Both the position numbers and the translations under genes were made by a program. Shown piece after piece: positions 38,971-48,346 of a stretch of DNA of 64,000 nt; position 1 is the first letter of the stretch, and each line of letters opens with the position of its first letter. The stretch comes from Lachnospiraceae bacterium (lineage in GTDB: Bacteria; Bacillota; Clostridia; Lachnospirales; Lachnospiraceae): assembly GCA_021200995.1 (NCBI GenBank), contig JAJQFS010000063.1, positions 33,972 to 97,971 of the forward strand, in the 5' to 3' direction. The notes under the pieces are model-generated. The model was not told the origin of the DNA and made no database searches. It saw only the letters and a list, made by a program, of their open reading frames with translations.

Positions 38971-39756
38971 ATGAAAATAATTGTTTGCATCAAACAGGTT
39001 CCGGATACCAAGGGCGGTGTGAAGTTCAACCCGGACGGAACATTGGACAGAGCCGGTATGCTGGCGATCATGAACCCGGACGACAAGGCCGGTCTGGAAG
39101 CGGCTCTGAGATTAAAGGATGAGTACGGCGCGGAGGTGACAGTGCTGACCATGGGTCTGCCGAAGGCGGCGGACGCATTACGTGAGGCCCTGGCTATGGG
39201 CGCTGACAAAGCGATCCTGGTGACTGACAGAGTCTTAGGCGGCGCTGATACCCGGGCAACCTCCACCACCATCGCTGGCGCGATCAGAAATCTGGAGTAT
39301 GACCTGATCATTACCGGCCGACAGGCGATCGACGGCGATACCGCGCAGGTAGGCCCGCAGATCGCGGAGCACCTTGGTATTCCGGTGATTTCCTACGCGC
39401 AGGATATCAAGATTGAGGGTGACAAGGTTGTGGTGCAGCGTCAGTATGACGACAGATATCACGTGCTGGAGGCACAGATGCCCTGCCTGATCACCGCTTT
39501 GAGCGAGTTAAACGAGCCCCGCTACATGACGCCGGGCGGCATCTTTGACGCCTGCCAGGCTGAGATTATCACCTGGGGCAGAAAAGATCTGGTGGATGTG
39601 GATGACTCCAACTTAGGATTAGCCGGTTCCCCGACCAAGATCGCGAAGGCCTCCGATAAGGTCCGCAAGGGCGCGGGCGAGAAGGTAGTACCGGAGTCTC
39701 CGGAGGACGCGGTCAGCTACATTGTCGGTAAGCTGGATGAAAAGCATGTGATCTAA
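38971..39756 (+). CDS. etfB: Electron transfer flavoprotein, beta subunit
   Basis: I trimmed to ATG 38971. Starts MKIIVCIKQVPD, the typical EtfB start. Confidence 0.92.
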   Translation: MKIIVCIKQVPDTKGGVKFNPDGTLDRAGMLAIMNPDDKAGLEAALRLKDEYGAEVTVLTMGLPKAADALREALAMGADKAILVTDRVLGGADTRATSTTIAGAIRNLEYDLIITGRQAIDGDTAQVGPQIAEHLGIPVISYAQDIKIEGDKVVVQRQYDDRYHVLEAQMPCLITALSELNEPRYMTPGGIFDACQAEIITWGRKDLVDVDDSNLGLAGSPTKIAKASDKVRKGAGEKVVPESPEDAVSYIVGKLDEKHVI

Positions 39757-39780
39757 AAGAGCGAGTGAGAGGTGAATAAT

Positions 39781-40824
39781 ATGAATTTAGAAGAATACAA
39801 GGGTGTATATGTATTTGCCCAGCAGGTAGATAACGTAATCGGCAGCATCGCCTTCGAGCTGCTCGGCAAGGGCAAGGAGCTGGCTGCTGATCTGGGTACC
39901 GACGTGACTGCCGTTCTGATTGGCTATCAGGTAAAAGACCTGGCGGATCAGCTGGCGGAATACGGCGCGGACAGAGTCATCGTAGTGGATGATCCGGAGC
40001 TGGAAACCTACAGAACCGAGCCTTACGCGCAGGCGCTGGCAGGCGTCATCAATGAGTTTAAGCCGGAAATCATGCTGGTAGGTGCGACCGCCATCGGCAG
40101 AGATTTAGGCCCCACTGTTTCCGCGAGAGTTGCGACCGGTCTGACCGCGGACTGCACAAAGCTGGATATCGGCGATTTCCCGCTGACTCCCATCCCCGGC
40201 AAGGAACAGCTGCATAATCAGCTTTTAATGACCCGTCCGGCGTTTGGCGGCAACACCATCGCTACCATCGCCTGCCCGGACAACCGTCCGCAGATGGCGA
40301 CTGTTCGTCCCGGCGTGATGCAGAAGATCACTCCCGTTAAAGGCGCGAAGGCCGAGGTCATTGAGTATAATCCCGGCATCACCGTGAACAATAAATTCGT
40401 CACGATCAAAGAGGTCGTGAAGGCTGTTTCCAACACCGTAGACATCATGGATGCCAAGATCTTAGTCAGCGGCGGCCGTGGCGTCGGTAGCCCGGAGAAC
40501 TTCAAGATTCTGGAGGATCTGGCGGAGGCGATCGGCGGTACCGTCAGCTGCTCCCGTGCGGTGGTAGACGCTGGCTGGAAGCCGAAGGATCTGCAGGTTG
40601 GTCAGACCGGCAAGACTGTTCGCCCGAATGTTTACTTTGCCATCGGCATTTCCGGCGCCATTCAGCACGTGGCCGGCATGGAGGAGTCCGATATCATCAT
40701 TGCCATCAATAAGGATGAGGATGCTCCGATTTTCGACGTGGCGGATTACGGTGTGGTCGGTGACCTGAATAAGATCGTTCCACAGCTGACTGAGGCCATT
40801 AAGGCAGCAAAAGCAAACAAATAA
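39781..40824 (+). CDS. etfA: Electron transfer flavoprotein, alpha subunit
   Basis: ATG 39781 lies 8 nt after GAGAGG; GTG 39772 is possible. FAD-binding C-terminal blocks VSGGRGVG and YFAIGISGAIQH. Confidence 0.92.
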   Translation: MNLEEYKGVYVFAQQVDNVIGSIAFELLGKGKELAADLGTDVTAVLIGYQVKDLADQLAEYGADRVIVVDDPELETYRTEPYAQALAGVINEFKPEIMLVGATAIGRDLGPTVSARVATGLTADCTKLDIGDFPLTPIPGKEQLHNQLLMTRPAFGGNTIATIACPDNRPQMATVRPGVMQKITPVKGAKAEVIEYNPGITVNNKFVTIKEVVKAVSNTVDIMDAKILVSGGRGVGSPENFKILEDLAEAIGGTVSCSRAVVDAGWKPKDLQVGQTGKTVRPNVYFAIGISGAIQHVAGMEESDIIIAINKDEDAPIFDVADYGVVGDLNKIVPQLTEAIKAAKANK

Positions 40825-40843
40825 AAAGAGATAAAAGACATAT

Positions 40844-40897
40844 GGAAAATCTGCCGTACCCGATGAGCGTAAACCTCGTGTAAAGGCAGATTTTTCC
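40844..40897 (+). other. Intercistronic stem-loop between etfA and ptb
   Basis: GGAAAATCTGCC (40844-40855) pairs with GGCAGATTTTTCC (40885-40897), with one bulged T. There is no clean U-tract. Confidence 0.4.
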
Positions 40898-40921
40898 GCA
40901 TGTTTCGCGAGAGGTAAAATC

Positions 40922-41836
40922 ATGAATTTTGATTATGTATTAGCTAAGGTGAAAACTTTAAGCAAAAAGAAGGTTGCCATCGCCGCCGCCCAGGACAGCG
41001 CAGTCTTAGAGTGTGTGAAAGCCTGCAGGGAGCAGGACATCGCGGATGTCGTGCTGGTGGGCGATCAGGCAAAGATTGAGGCGATTGCGAAAGAAATCGG
41101 ACTGGATCTGACCGGCATTGAGATCATCGATGAGCCGGATATGATTGAGGCATCCTTAAAGGCTGTGAAGCTGGCCCATGATGGTGACGTCGACATGTAT
41201 ATGAAGGGTCTGGTGGATACCAAAAACTTCTTAAAGAGCGTTTTAAATAAAGAGGTTGGTCTGCGCACCGGCGGCGCTTTGTCCCATGTCAGCGTCTTTG
41301 AGGTGCCGGGTTATGACCGTCTGCTTTTCCTGACAGACGTAGCCTTCATGACCTATCCAACTCTGGAGGACAAGGTACATATCATCAATAATACCATTCC
41401 GGTCTGCAGAGCCTGCGGTGTGGAAGTGCCCAAGGTTGCTCCGGTGGCGGCGGTGGAAGTTGTCAACCCCAAGATGCAGGTGACCATCGAGGCGGCGGAG
41501 CTGACCAGAATGAATGAGGAAGGCGAGATTACAGGCTGTATCATCGACGGCCCGCTTTCTCTGGATCTGGCGATCGGCCCGGAGGCCGCGAAGCACAAGG
41601 GCGCGACCAACCGCAAGATTCAGGGCGACGCAGATGTGATCCTCTTCCCGGATATTCACGCTGGCAACCTGGTATACAAGACGCTGGTTCACACTACCCA
41701 GTCCAAAAACGGCTGCATCCTGACCGGAACCAAGGTACCCGTCATCCTGACCAGCCGTTCCGATACCTTTGAGACCAAGTTGAATTCCATCGCGTTGGCG
41801 GCAGTTGTCGCGGAGGAGCTGCAGCAGGGGAAATAA
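40922..41836 (+). CDS. ptb: Phosphate butyryltransferase
   Basis: 304 aa of the PTA/PTB family (VAIAAAQD, ILTSRSD). It lies directly upstream of butyrate kinase. Confidence 0.9.
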   Translation: MNFDYVLAKVKTLSKKKVAIAAAQDSAVLECVKACREQDIADVVLVGDQAKIEAIAKEIGLDLTGIEIIDEPDMIEASLKAVKLAHDGDVDMYMKGLVDTKNFLKSVLNKEVGLRTGGALSHVSVFEVPGYDRLLFLTDVAFMTYPTLEDKVHIINNTIPVCRACGVEVPKVAPVAAVEVVNPKMQVTIEAAELTRMNEEGEITGCIIDGPLSLDLAIGPEAAKHKGATNRKIQGDADVILFPDIHAGNLVYKTLVHTTQSKNGCILTGTKVPVILTSRSDTFETKLNSIALAAVVAEELQQGK

Positions 41837-41869
41837 GGCTGTTATAAAGTGTAAAGCATTTCCAAATAC

Positions 41870-41916
41870 GAGTGCGCCTGTACAGTAAAGAGTAAGACTG
41901 TGCAGGACGGGCACTC
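41870..41916 (+). other. Intercistronic stem-loop between ptb and buk
   Basis: GAGTGC GCCTGTACAGT (41870-41886) pairs with ACTGTGCAGG..GCACTC (41897-41916). No U-tract follows. Confidence 0.45.
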
Positions 41917-41933
41917 AGAAAAGAGAAAATAAA

Positions 41934-43001
41934 ATGCCTGTTAAAAGTTTAATCATCAATCCGGGTTCTACCTCCACCAAGATCGGTGTCTTTGAGGATG
42001 AAACCCTTCTTTTTGAGGAAACACTGCGTCATACCACAGAAGAAATCGCGCAGTTTCCCATGATCGTGGACCAGAAGGATTTCCGCAAAAAGATCATTAC
42101 CGATCTGCTGGAAAGCAAAAATTTTGACATCAACAGCCTGGACGTGGTTGTGGGCCGCGGCGGCATGTTGAAGCCGATCCCCGGCGGCACCTATGCCGTG
42201 ACGGATGATCTGCTGGAGGATTTGAAAATTGGCGTTCAGGGCCAGCACGCTTCCAACCTCGGTGGGATTTTAGCCCGTGAGATCGGAGACGAGATCGGCG
42301 CGCCGTCCTACATTGTGGACCCGGTCGTGGTGGATGAGCTGATGCCCATCGCCAGATATTCCGGCCACCCGGATCTGCCCCGCACGAGCGTCTTCCACGC
42401 CCTGAATCAGAAGGCGGTGGCCAAGCGCTACGCCAAAGAGATCGGCAAATCCTATGAGGAGCTGCGTCTGATCGGCGTTCACATGGGCGGCGGCGTGTCT
42501 GTAGCGGCGCACGAGTACGGCAGAGTTGTGGATGTCTTCAATGCCTTAGACGGCGACGGCGCCTTTTCCCCGGAGCGTGCCGGCGCGGTACCGGTCGGCA
42601 AGCTGATCGGCCTGTGCTTTTCCGGCAAATATACGGAGAAGGAAGTCCGCAAGATGCTGACCGGCAACGGCGGCTTCAACGCTTATCTGGGCACCAACGA
42701 CATGCGTGAGGTGACAAAACGTGCCAACGAGGGTGATGAGAAGGCGAAGGAAGCGAAGGAAGCCTTTTTACTTCAGGCTTCCAAGGACATCGGCTCCATG
42801 GCCTGTGTCCTGAACGGCAAAGTCGACCAGATTATTGTCACCGGCGGCATTGCCTATGGCGCTGATGTGGTAGCCGGCTTAAAAGAGAGATGCGGCTGGA
42901 TTGCACCCTTCACGGTTTATCCGGGCGAGGACGAACTGCTGGCACTGGCGCAGGGCGCTCTGCGTGTCATGAACGGGGAAGAAGAAGTAAAAGAGTATTA
43001 A
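41934..43001 (+). CDS. buk: Butyrate kinase
   Basis: 355 aa. N-terminal [15 protein letters not shown], plus HASNLG and TGGIAY blocks of the acetate/butyrate kinase family. Confidence 0.93.
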   Translation: MPVKSLIINPGSTSTKIGVFEDETLLFEETLRHTTEEIAQFPMIVDQKDFRKKIITDLLESKNFDINSLDVVVGRGGMLKPIPGGTYAVTDDLLEDLKIGVQGQHASNLGGILAREIGDEIGAPSYIVDPVVVDELMPIARYSGHPDLPRTSVFHALNQKAVAKRYAKEIGKSYEELRLIGVHMGGGVSVAAHEYGRVVDVFNALDGDGAFSPERAGAVPVGKLIGLCFSGKYTEKEVRKMLTGNGGFNAYLGTNDMREVTKRANEGDEKAKEAKEAFLLQASKDIGSMACVLNGKVDQIIVTGGIAYGADVVAGLKERCGWIAPFTVYPGEDELLALAQGALRVMNGEEEVKEY

Positions 43002-43004
43002 AAT

Positions 43005-44810
43005 ATGGCAAAAGTCCTTTTCAACTGGATTTATATTCTCTTTACAACCTTTTGCCTGGGCTTTGGGTTTTCGGCCTTCGGCAAAAAAATACTGGGGTAT
43101 GAAATACGGCGTCTGGAAAATATCCTGTTAGGCGGGATGATTCTGGCGACCGTATATGCCCAGGTATTCAGTCTGTTTGCGGGAGTCGGGCTGTGGGCCA
43201 ACATCGGATTGCTGGTCATCTGCGCGGCTCTTATTCTGTTACTTCACCAGGAAATGACGGAATTCCTGCAAAACATGATCAGAAATCACGGAACCGCATA
43301 TAAACTTGCGGTTTTTGCGCTGCTTTTGTTGTGGGCGTATTTCACTTCCAGAGGAACCATGATCTATGATTCTGATATGTATCACGCGCAGAGTATTCGC
43401 TGGATTGAGGAATACGGTGTGGTAAAGGGGCTGGGTAACCTGCATCTGCGCTTTGCTTACAACAGTTCTGTTTTCTGCGCGGCTGCCCTTTACAGCATGA
43501 AATTTGTGTTTGGACAGTCCATGCATACGCTGAGCGGTTATTTTGCGTTTCTGCTGAGCATGTCGGTGCTGCGGATCGGAAAGTGCGTGAGACGGCGCAG
43601 GCTTCTCTGGTCTGACTTCGCCCGCATCGCGGCGGCCTATTACATGACCCGCATCTGTGATGAGGTGGTGTCTCCTGCATCGGATTATCCGGCCATGTGC
43701 CTGGTGTTTTTCATTGTGATTGCCTGGCTGGAGCAGCTGGGGTCTGAGGAAAAGGACGATGTCGCGCCCTATGCGCTTTTGTGTGTGGCAGGTGTGTACG
43801 CGGTGTCGGTGAAGGTGACAGTTGGCATACTGCTTTTACTGGTCATTAAACCCGCATATCTTTTAATTAAGAAAAAACGGGTGAAGGAGATTTTCCTCTA
43901 TATCGGGATGGGCGTTCTCATCCTGGCCCCCTGGATGACGAGGACGGTACTGATTTCGGGCTATCTGCTTTACCCGTATCCGGCGCTGGATTTATTCAAT
44001 GTGGATTGGAAAATACCGGCCTACCTGGCGAAACAGGACGCGGCGGAAATCAAGGTCTACGGGCGTAATCTGTACTATGTGGAATATGCGGACATGCCTT
44101 TGACTGAGTGGTTCCCGCAGTGGCTGAATGGACAGCAGGCGGCAGCCAGACTTATGATTCTGGCGGACATTGCTTCCGTGGGCCTGCTGATCCTCGGATC
44201 CGTGGCTTGCCTGATCAAAAGAGCATGGAAATACCTGGACGCTCTGCTTGTGATGTGGGCTGTCAGCGCCTCCTATCTGCTGTGGCAGCTTTCCGCACCG
44301 TTAGTACGGTATGGGTATGCCTATATCCTGTTGGTGCCGACGCTTATGGCGGGGTTTGTGCTGGTATGTATGACGAACGACGTCAGAACGGTTGGGTGCG
44401 AAATACAGGACGGAGAAATGAATGAAGCCGTGGTGCCAAAAGGGCTGACACTGACTGCTGCAGCTTATGGGAAGGAAAGATCAGCCGGAAGGAAAGCACT
44501 TAACAGAATTATACTGCTTGGAGCAGCCGCGGCCGGATGCTATATCGCCTGCACGGCGGTCATCTACGCCTGGCAGATCCGTCTGGAACCATATTATATT
44601 GCCCAGCAGGACTACGGCAGCAGCGAATGCGAGGCATTTGAGTTGGACGGTATTACCTTCTATCGGCCTCTGTATGACGAGAGAGTGGGATATGACACGT
44701 TTCCGGTCGTCTTTCAGGATCTGGAGTTTGAACTGCGCGGGGACAGCATCAGGGATGGCTTTCGCTCAGTCATGCCGGATGAGGAGACATATTACAGTCA
44801 GTATTACTGA
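43005..44810 (+). CDS. Large polytopic membrane protein of unknown function
   Basis: 601 aa with many hydrophobic segments and a soluble C-terminal region of about 120 aa. It starts 4 nt after the buk stop. Confidence 0.6.
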   Translation: MAKVLFNWIYILFTTFCLGFGFSAFGKKILGYEIRRLENILLGGMILATVYAQVFSLFAGVGLWANIGLLVICAALILLLHQEMTEFLQNMIRNHGTAYKLAVFALLLLWAYFTSRGTMIYDSDMYHAQSIRWIEEYGVVKGLGNLHLRFAYNSSVFCAAALYSMKFVFGQSMHTLSGYFAFLLSMSVLRIGKCVRRRRLLWSDFARIAAAYYMTRICDEVVSPASDYPAMCLVFFIVIAWLEQLGSEEKDDVAPYALLCVAGVYAVSVKVTVGILLLLVIKPAYLLIKKKRVKEIFLYIGMGVLILAPWMTRTVLISGYLLYPYPALDLFNVDWKIPAYLAKQDAAEIKVYGRNLYYVEYADMPLTEWFPQWLNGQQAAARLMILADIASVGLLILGSVACLIKRAWKYLDALLVMWAVSASYLLWQLSAPLVRYGYAYILLVPTLMAGFVLVCMTNDVRTVGCEIQDGEMNEAVVPKGLTLTAAAYGKERSAGRKALNRIILLGAAAAGCYIACTAVIYAWQIRLEPYYIAQQDYGSSECEAFELDGITFYRPLYDERVGYDTFPVVFQDLEFELRGDSIRDGFRSVMPDEETYYSQYY

Positions 44811-44831
44811 TCAAAAGAAAAATTTCGTGAA

Positions 44832-44867
44832 AAAGGCCTCCGGTTCTATGTATGACCGGAGGCCTTT
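44832..44867. terminator. Bidirectional terminator between the membrane protein gene and the GlsB-family gene
   Basis: Perfect 13-bp arms AAAGGCCTCCGGT / ACCGGAGGCCTTT. On the minus strand a T5 run follows. Confidence 0.75.
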
Positions 44868-44895
44868 GCTGTAACAGTGTGATTGTCTGGCAGAC

Positions 44896-45141
44896 TTATT
44901 TTCTGATCTTTCTGACAACCCAGATCAGGATGCAGGAGCCAAGCACGCCGCAGATGATACTGCCGATGATTCCGTTGAAGGAAATGCCGATCAGGCCGAA
45001 AAGCAGGCCGCCGACAAAGCCGCCGACGATACCCAGGATGATATTGAAGATCAGACCGCCCTGCACATGCATGACCTGTCCGGCAATGTAGCCGCAGAGG
45101 GCGCCGACAATCAAAGAAGCAATAATGCCAAAAAAGCTCAT
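44896..45141 (-). CDS. GlsB/YeaQ/YmgE-family (transglycosylase-associated) small membrane protein
   Basis: 81 aa, Gly-rich TM helices: GIIASLIVGALCGYIAGQVM..., IILGIVGGFVGGLLFG. Confidence 0.85.
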   Translation of the reverse strand: MSFFGIIASLIVGALCGYIAGQVMHVQGGLIFNIILGIVGGFVGGLLFGLIGISFNGIIGSIICGVLGSCILIWVVRKIRK

Positions 45142-45221
45142 AATGAAGAACCTCTTTTCATTTTATGCCGGCTGACCAAAGAACCAAAGGCTTCTGGTCA
45201 GCCGTTTATTTTCCGATAAAA

Positions 45222-46631
45222 TCAGTCTAACGGGAACTTGAAATACTTTTTCGCATTATTATAAGAAATGCCTCTGACGATTTCCTCCAGGGTCTCCCAG
45301 TCGCAGGGGAACTCGCCGTTTTCCACCCAGTTGCCGATCAGGTTGCAGAGAATGCGGCGGAAATATTCGTGTCTCGTGTAGGATAAGAAGCTGCGGGAGT
45401 CGGTCAGCATGCCGACGAAGCCGCTTAAGTTGCCCAGGTTTGCCAGGGAGATCATCTGGTTCTGCATGCCGACCTTATGATCGTTGAACCACCAGGCGCT
45501 GCCCTGCTGGATTTTGCCAACCGCGGTGGAATCCTGGAAGCAGCCCAGGATCGTGCCGATGGCTTCATTGTCATTCGGGTTCAGGGAATAGATGATAGTG
45601 CGCGGCAGCTGATCCGTTTTGATCAGGGCGTTCAAAAAGTCTGCCATCTGGGCGCTGGGCGCGTAGTTGTTGATGCAGTCGTAGCCGGTATCCGGGCCGA
45701 GGGACTGATACATCAGCTCGTTATTGTCGCGTTTGCAGCCGTAGTGGAGCTGCATAGCCCAGTCTAAACGATTATATTCCTTTGCCACAAAGAGCATGAA
45801 GGCGGTCTTGAATTTCAGTTCGCAGGTTTTGCACACGGGCTTGCCGGCCAGGCGGTTGGCAAAGATTTCTTCAATCTCTTCATCGGAGGCAGGCTCATAC
45901 ATGACATATTCAAGGGCGTGGTCGGAGACACAGCAGCCCTGGCTGGCGAAAAACTCCATGCGGTTGGTAAGAGCGGTCTTTAAATCCGCGAAGGTCTTGA
46001 TCTCAATGCCGCTGACCTGAGACAGTGTTGCCAGATAATCCAGGTATTCGGGTTTCTCAATGTTCATGGCCTTGTCCGGTCTCCAGGCTGGCAGGACCTT
46101 TACCTCAAAGCTCTCACCCGCTTTGATTTTCTGATGCCATTCCAGGCTGTCCACCGGATCGTCGGTGGTGCAGATCAGGGTCACGTTGGACTGGCGGATC
46201 AGGTTGCGCACGCTCATGGAGTCGTCCTGGAGCTTTTCATTGCAGAGGTTCCAGACTTCCTCGGCGGTATTTTTATTTAATACGCCGTAATAACCGAAAT
46301 ATCTCTGCAGCTCTAAGTGAGACCAGTGGAAGAGGGGGTTGCCGATGGCCTTGCCCACGCACTCGGCCCACTTGAAAAATTTCTCCTTGTCGGATGCGTC
46401 CCCGGTGATGTATTTTTCCTCTACGCCGCAGGAGCGCATGAAACGCCACTTATAGTGGTCGCCGCCGAGCCAGACCTGTGTGATATTGTCAAATTTGCGG
46501 TCCTCGGCAATTTCCTTCGGGTTGATATGACAGTGATAATCCAGGATGGGAGTGGTCGCTGCATATTCGTGAAACAGTTTCTGAGCCGTTTCTGTCTCCA
46601 ACAGAAAGTTCTCGTCCATAAATTTCTTCAT
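45222..46631 (-). CDS. uxaC: Glucuronate isomerase
   Basis: I trimmed to the ATG at 46631 (GGAGGTAAGG upstream). Starts MKKFMDENFLLETETAQKLFHEYAA..PILDYHCH, the typical UxaC start. Confidence 0.93.
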   Translation of the reverse strand: MKKFMDENFLLETETAQKLFHEYAATTPILDYHCHINPKEIAEDRKFDNITQVWLGGDHYKWRFMRSCGVEEKYITGDASDKEKFFKWAECVGKAIGNPLFHWSHLELQRYFGYYGVLNKNTAEEVWNLCNEKLQDDSMSVRNLIRQSNVTLICTTDDPVDSLEWHQKIKAGESFEVKVLPAWRPDKAMNIEKPEYLDYLATLSQVSGIEIKTFADLKTALTNRMEFFASQGCCVSDHALEYVMYEPASDEEIEEIFANRLAGKPVCKTCELKFKTAFMLFVAKEYNRLDWAMQLHYGCKRDNNELMYQSLGPDTGYDCINNYAPSAQMADFLNALIKTDQLPRTIIYSLNPNDNEAIGTILGCFQDSTAVGKIQQGSAWWFNDHKVGMQNQMISLANLGNLSGFVGMLTDSRSFLSYTRHEYFRRILCNLIGNWVENGEFPCDWETLEEIVRGISYNNAKKYFKFPLD

Positions 46632-46757
46632 TTTTGCCTTACCTCCATGATGAACCTGGCTTTGAAAGCCGCGCGGAGTTTCTCTCCGTATAGTCAGATT
46701 CATTATAAAGCATGGACGGGCGAAAAACAAGAAGTTCCTTTTATTTTCAAAACCACA

Positions 46758-46786
46758 TTGACGAATACTTTGTTTTGGTATAAAAT
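46758..46786 (+). promoter_or_regulatory. Putative promoter of uxaB-uxaA
   Basis: TTGACG (46758-46763), 17-nt spacer, TAAAAT (46781-46786). Confidence 0.4.
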
Positions 46787-46870
46787 TTATGTAATTGCTG
46801 TGCAGGAAAACGATTTTTTTGTGCATAGTAACTACACTTTGTTAAGAATATAACAGATGGGAGAACAGGT

Positions 46871-48346
46871 ATGGAGCAATTAAGCAAAGCAATGACCAAA
46901 AAGGTGAACAGACCGGTAAAAGTGGTACAGTTCGGCGAGGGCAACTTCCTGCGCGCCTTCGTGGATTACATGATCGATATCGCGAATGAGAAGGGATTAT
47001 TTGACGGCGATATCGTCCTGATCAAGCCGATTCCCTTCGGCACGACTGACATGTTCCATGAGCAGGACTGCCAGTACACAGTGTCGCTTCGCGGCATCGT
47101 GGAGGGCGAGGCAAAGGTGCTCAACAGAGTGATTACCTCCGTGCAGGACATCGTGGACACCGCGACAGAGTATGACAAATATATGTCTCTGGCTGAGATC
47201 GACACCCTGCGGTTTGTGGTTTCCAATACCACCGAGGCGGGCATCGTCTATGATCCCACTGATGAATTTGATTTAAAGCCGGCGAAGACCTTCCCCGGCA
47301 AGCTGACGCAGTTCTTATACAGAAGATACACCACATTCAACGGCGCGGCAGACAAGGGCCTTGTAATGCTGCCCGTAGAGCTGATTGATGATAATGGCAT
47401 CATGCTGAAAAAGTGCGTGAACCAGCTCATCGACCTCTGGGGACTGGACGCCGCCTTTAAGGCATGGGTGAATGAGAGCTGCGTTTTCACCTCCACCCTG
47501 GTAGACCGTATCGTGACCGGATATCCGAGAGCGACCGCCGAGCAGGAGTGGGAGAAGTTAGGCTATCAGGATAAGATCATGGTAACTGCCGAGCCCTTCG
47601 CACTCTGGGTCATCGAGTCCGAGAAGGACATCAGCGGCGAGCTTCCGCTTGACAAGGTGATGGCCGACATGCCCGGCATGGATGCAATCTTTACTGACAA
47701 CCAGAAGCCTTACAAACAGCGCAAGGTCCGTATCTTAAACGGTGCGCACACCTCCTTTGTACTGGCAGCTTATCTGTGCGGCTTTGACATCGTAAGAGAC
47801 GCCATGAAGGATTCCGACATCCGCCCGTTTATCAAGGCAACCTTATATGACGAAGTCATTCCGACCCTGACTCTTCCCAAGGAAGAGCTGGAAGCGTTCG
47901 CGGCGGCGGTTGAGCTTCGCTTTGAGAACCCCTATGTTGACCATGCTCTGATGGCCATTTCCTTAAATTCCGTTTCCAAGTGGAAAGCGAGATGCCTGCC
48001 GTCCTACTTAGGCTATGTGGAGAAGACCGGCAAGATCCCGTCTCACCTGGCATTCTCCCTGGCGGCTCTGATGGCCTTCTACACCGGCTCCGAGATTCGT
48101 GACGGCAAGCTGGTCGGACACAGAGGAGAGGAAGAGTACATGGTGCAGGATGACGCCGCTGTGGTGGAATTCTTCGCGGAGCATTCTCAGAAGTCCACGG
48201 AAGAGTTCGTGACCGCTGTTCTGTCCAACGAAGCCTTCTTCGGACAGGATCTGACCAAAGTGGCGGATACCAAAGACGCCATCGTCGCTTATCTGGATGA
48301 TATCAAAGCAAACGGAATGAGGGCCGCATTATGCAAAGTTTCTTAA
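46871..48346 (+). CDS. uxaB: Tagaturonate reductase (altronate oxidoreductase; mannitol dehydrogenase family)
   Basis: 491 aa. N-terminal VVQFGEGNFLRAFVD, with ILNGAHT in the middle. Adjacent to uxaA and uxaC. Confidence 0.88.
   Translation: MEQLSKAMTKKVNRPVKVVQFGEGNFLRAFVDYMIDIANEKGLFDGDIVLIKPIPFGTTDMFHEQDCQYTVSLRGIVEGEAKVLNRVITSVQDIVDTATEYDKYMSLAEIDTLRFVVSNTTEAGIVYDPTDEFDLKPAKTFPGKLTQFLYRRYTTFNGAADKGLVMLPVELIDDNGIMLKKCVNQLIDLWGLDAAFKAWVNESCVFTSTLVDRIVTGYPRATAEQEWEKLGYQDKIMVTAEPFALWVIESEKDISGELPLDKVMADMPGMDAIFTDNQKPYKQRKVRILNGAHTSFVLAAYLCGFDIVRDAMKDSDIRPFIKATLYDEVIPTLTLPKEELEAFAAAVELRFENPYVDHALMAISLNSVSKWKARCLPSYLGYVEKTGKIPSHLAFSLAALMAFYTGSEIRDGKLVGHRGEEEYMVQDDAAVVEFFAEHSQKSTEEFVTAVLSNEAFFGQDLTKVADTKDAIVAYLDDIKANGMRAALCKVS

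Noticed and set aside
45169-45204. The hairpin CGGCTGACCA / TGGTCAGCCG between uxaC and the GlsB-family gene as the uxaC terminator.
   Set aside because: The T-rich tract lies on the wrong side for the minus-strand uxaC transcript (it follows the stem only on the + strand), so the assignment is ambiguous. I did not list it as a feature.
45222-46826. N-terminal extensions of many listed ORFs. Examples: uxaC as 534 aa, GH13 from 54133, pectinesterase to 54194, thl from 34432, crt from 35592, hbd from 36566, bcd from 37703, etfB from 38926, LRR from 31760, the ECF-S gene from 27609, the PEP-binding gene from 13029, and the hypothetical gene from 49825.
   Set aside because: The family-typical N-termini begin at internal ATGs that have good Shine-Dalgarno sequences. 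The extensions cross terminators or AT-rich spacers and translate to implausible peptides. I trimmed the starts in the feature list.
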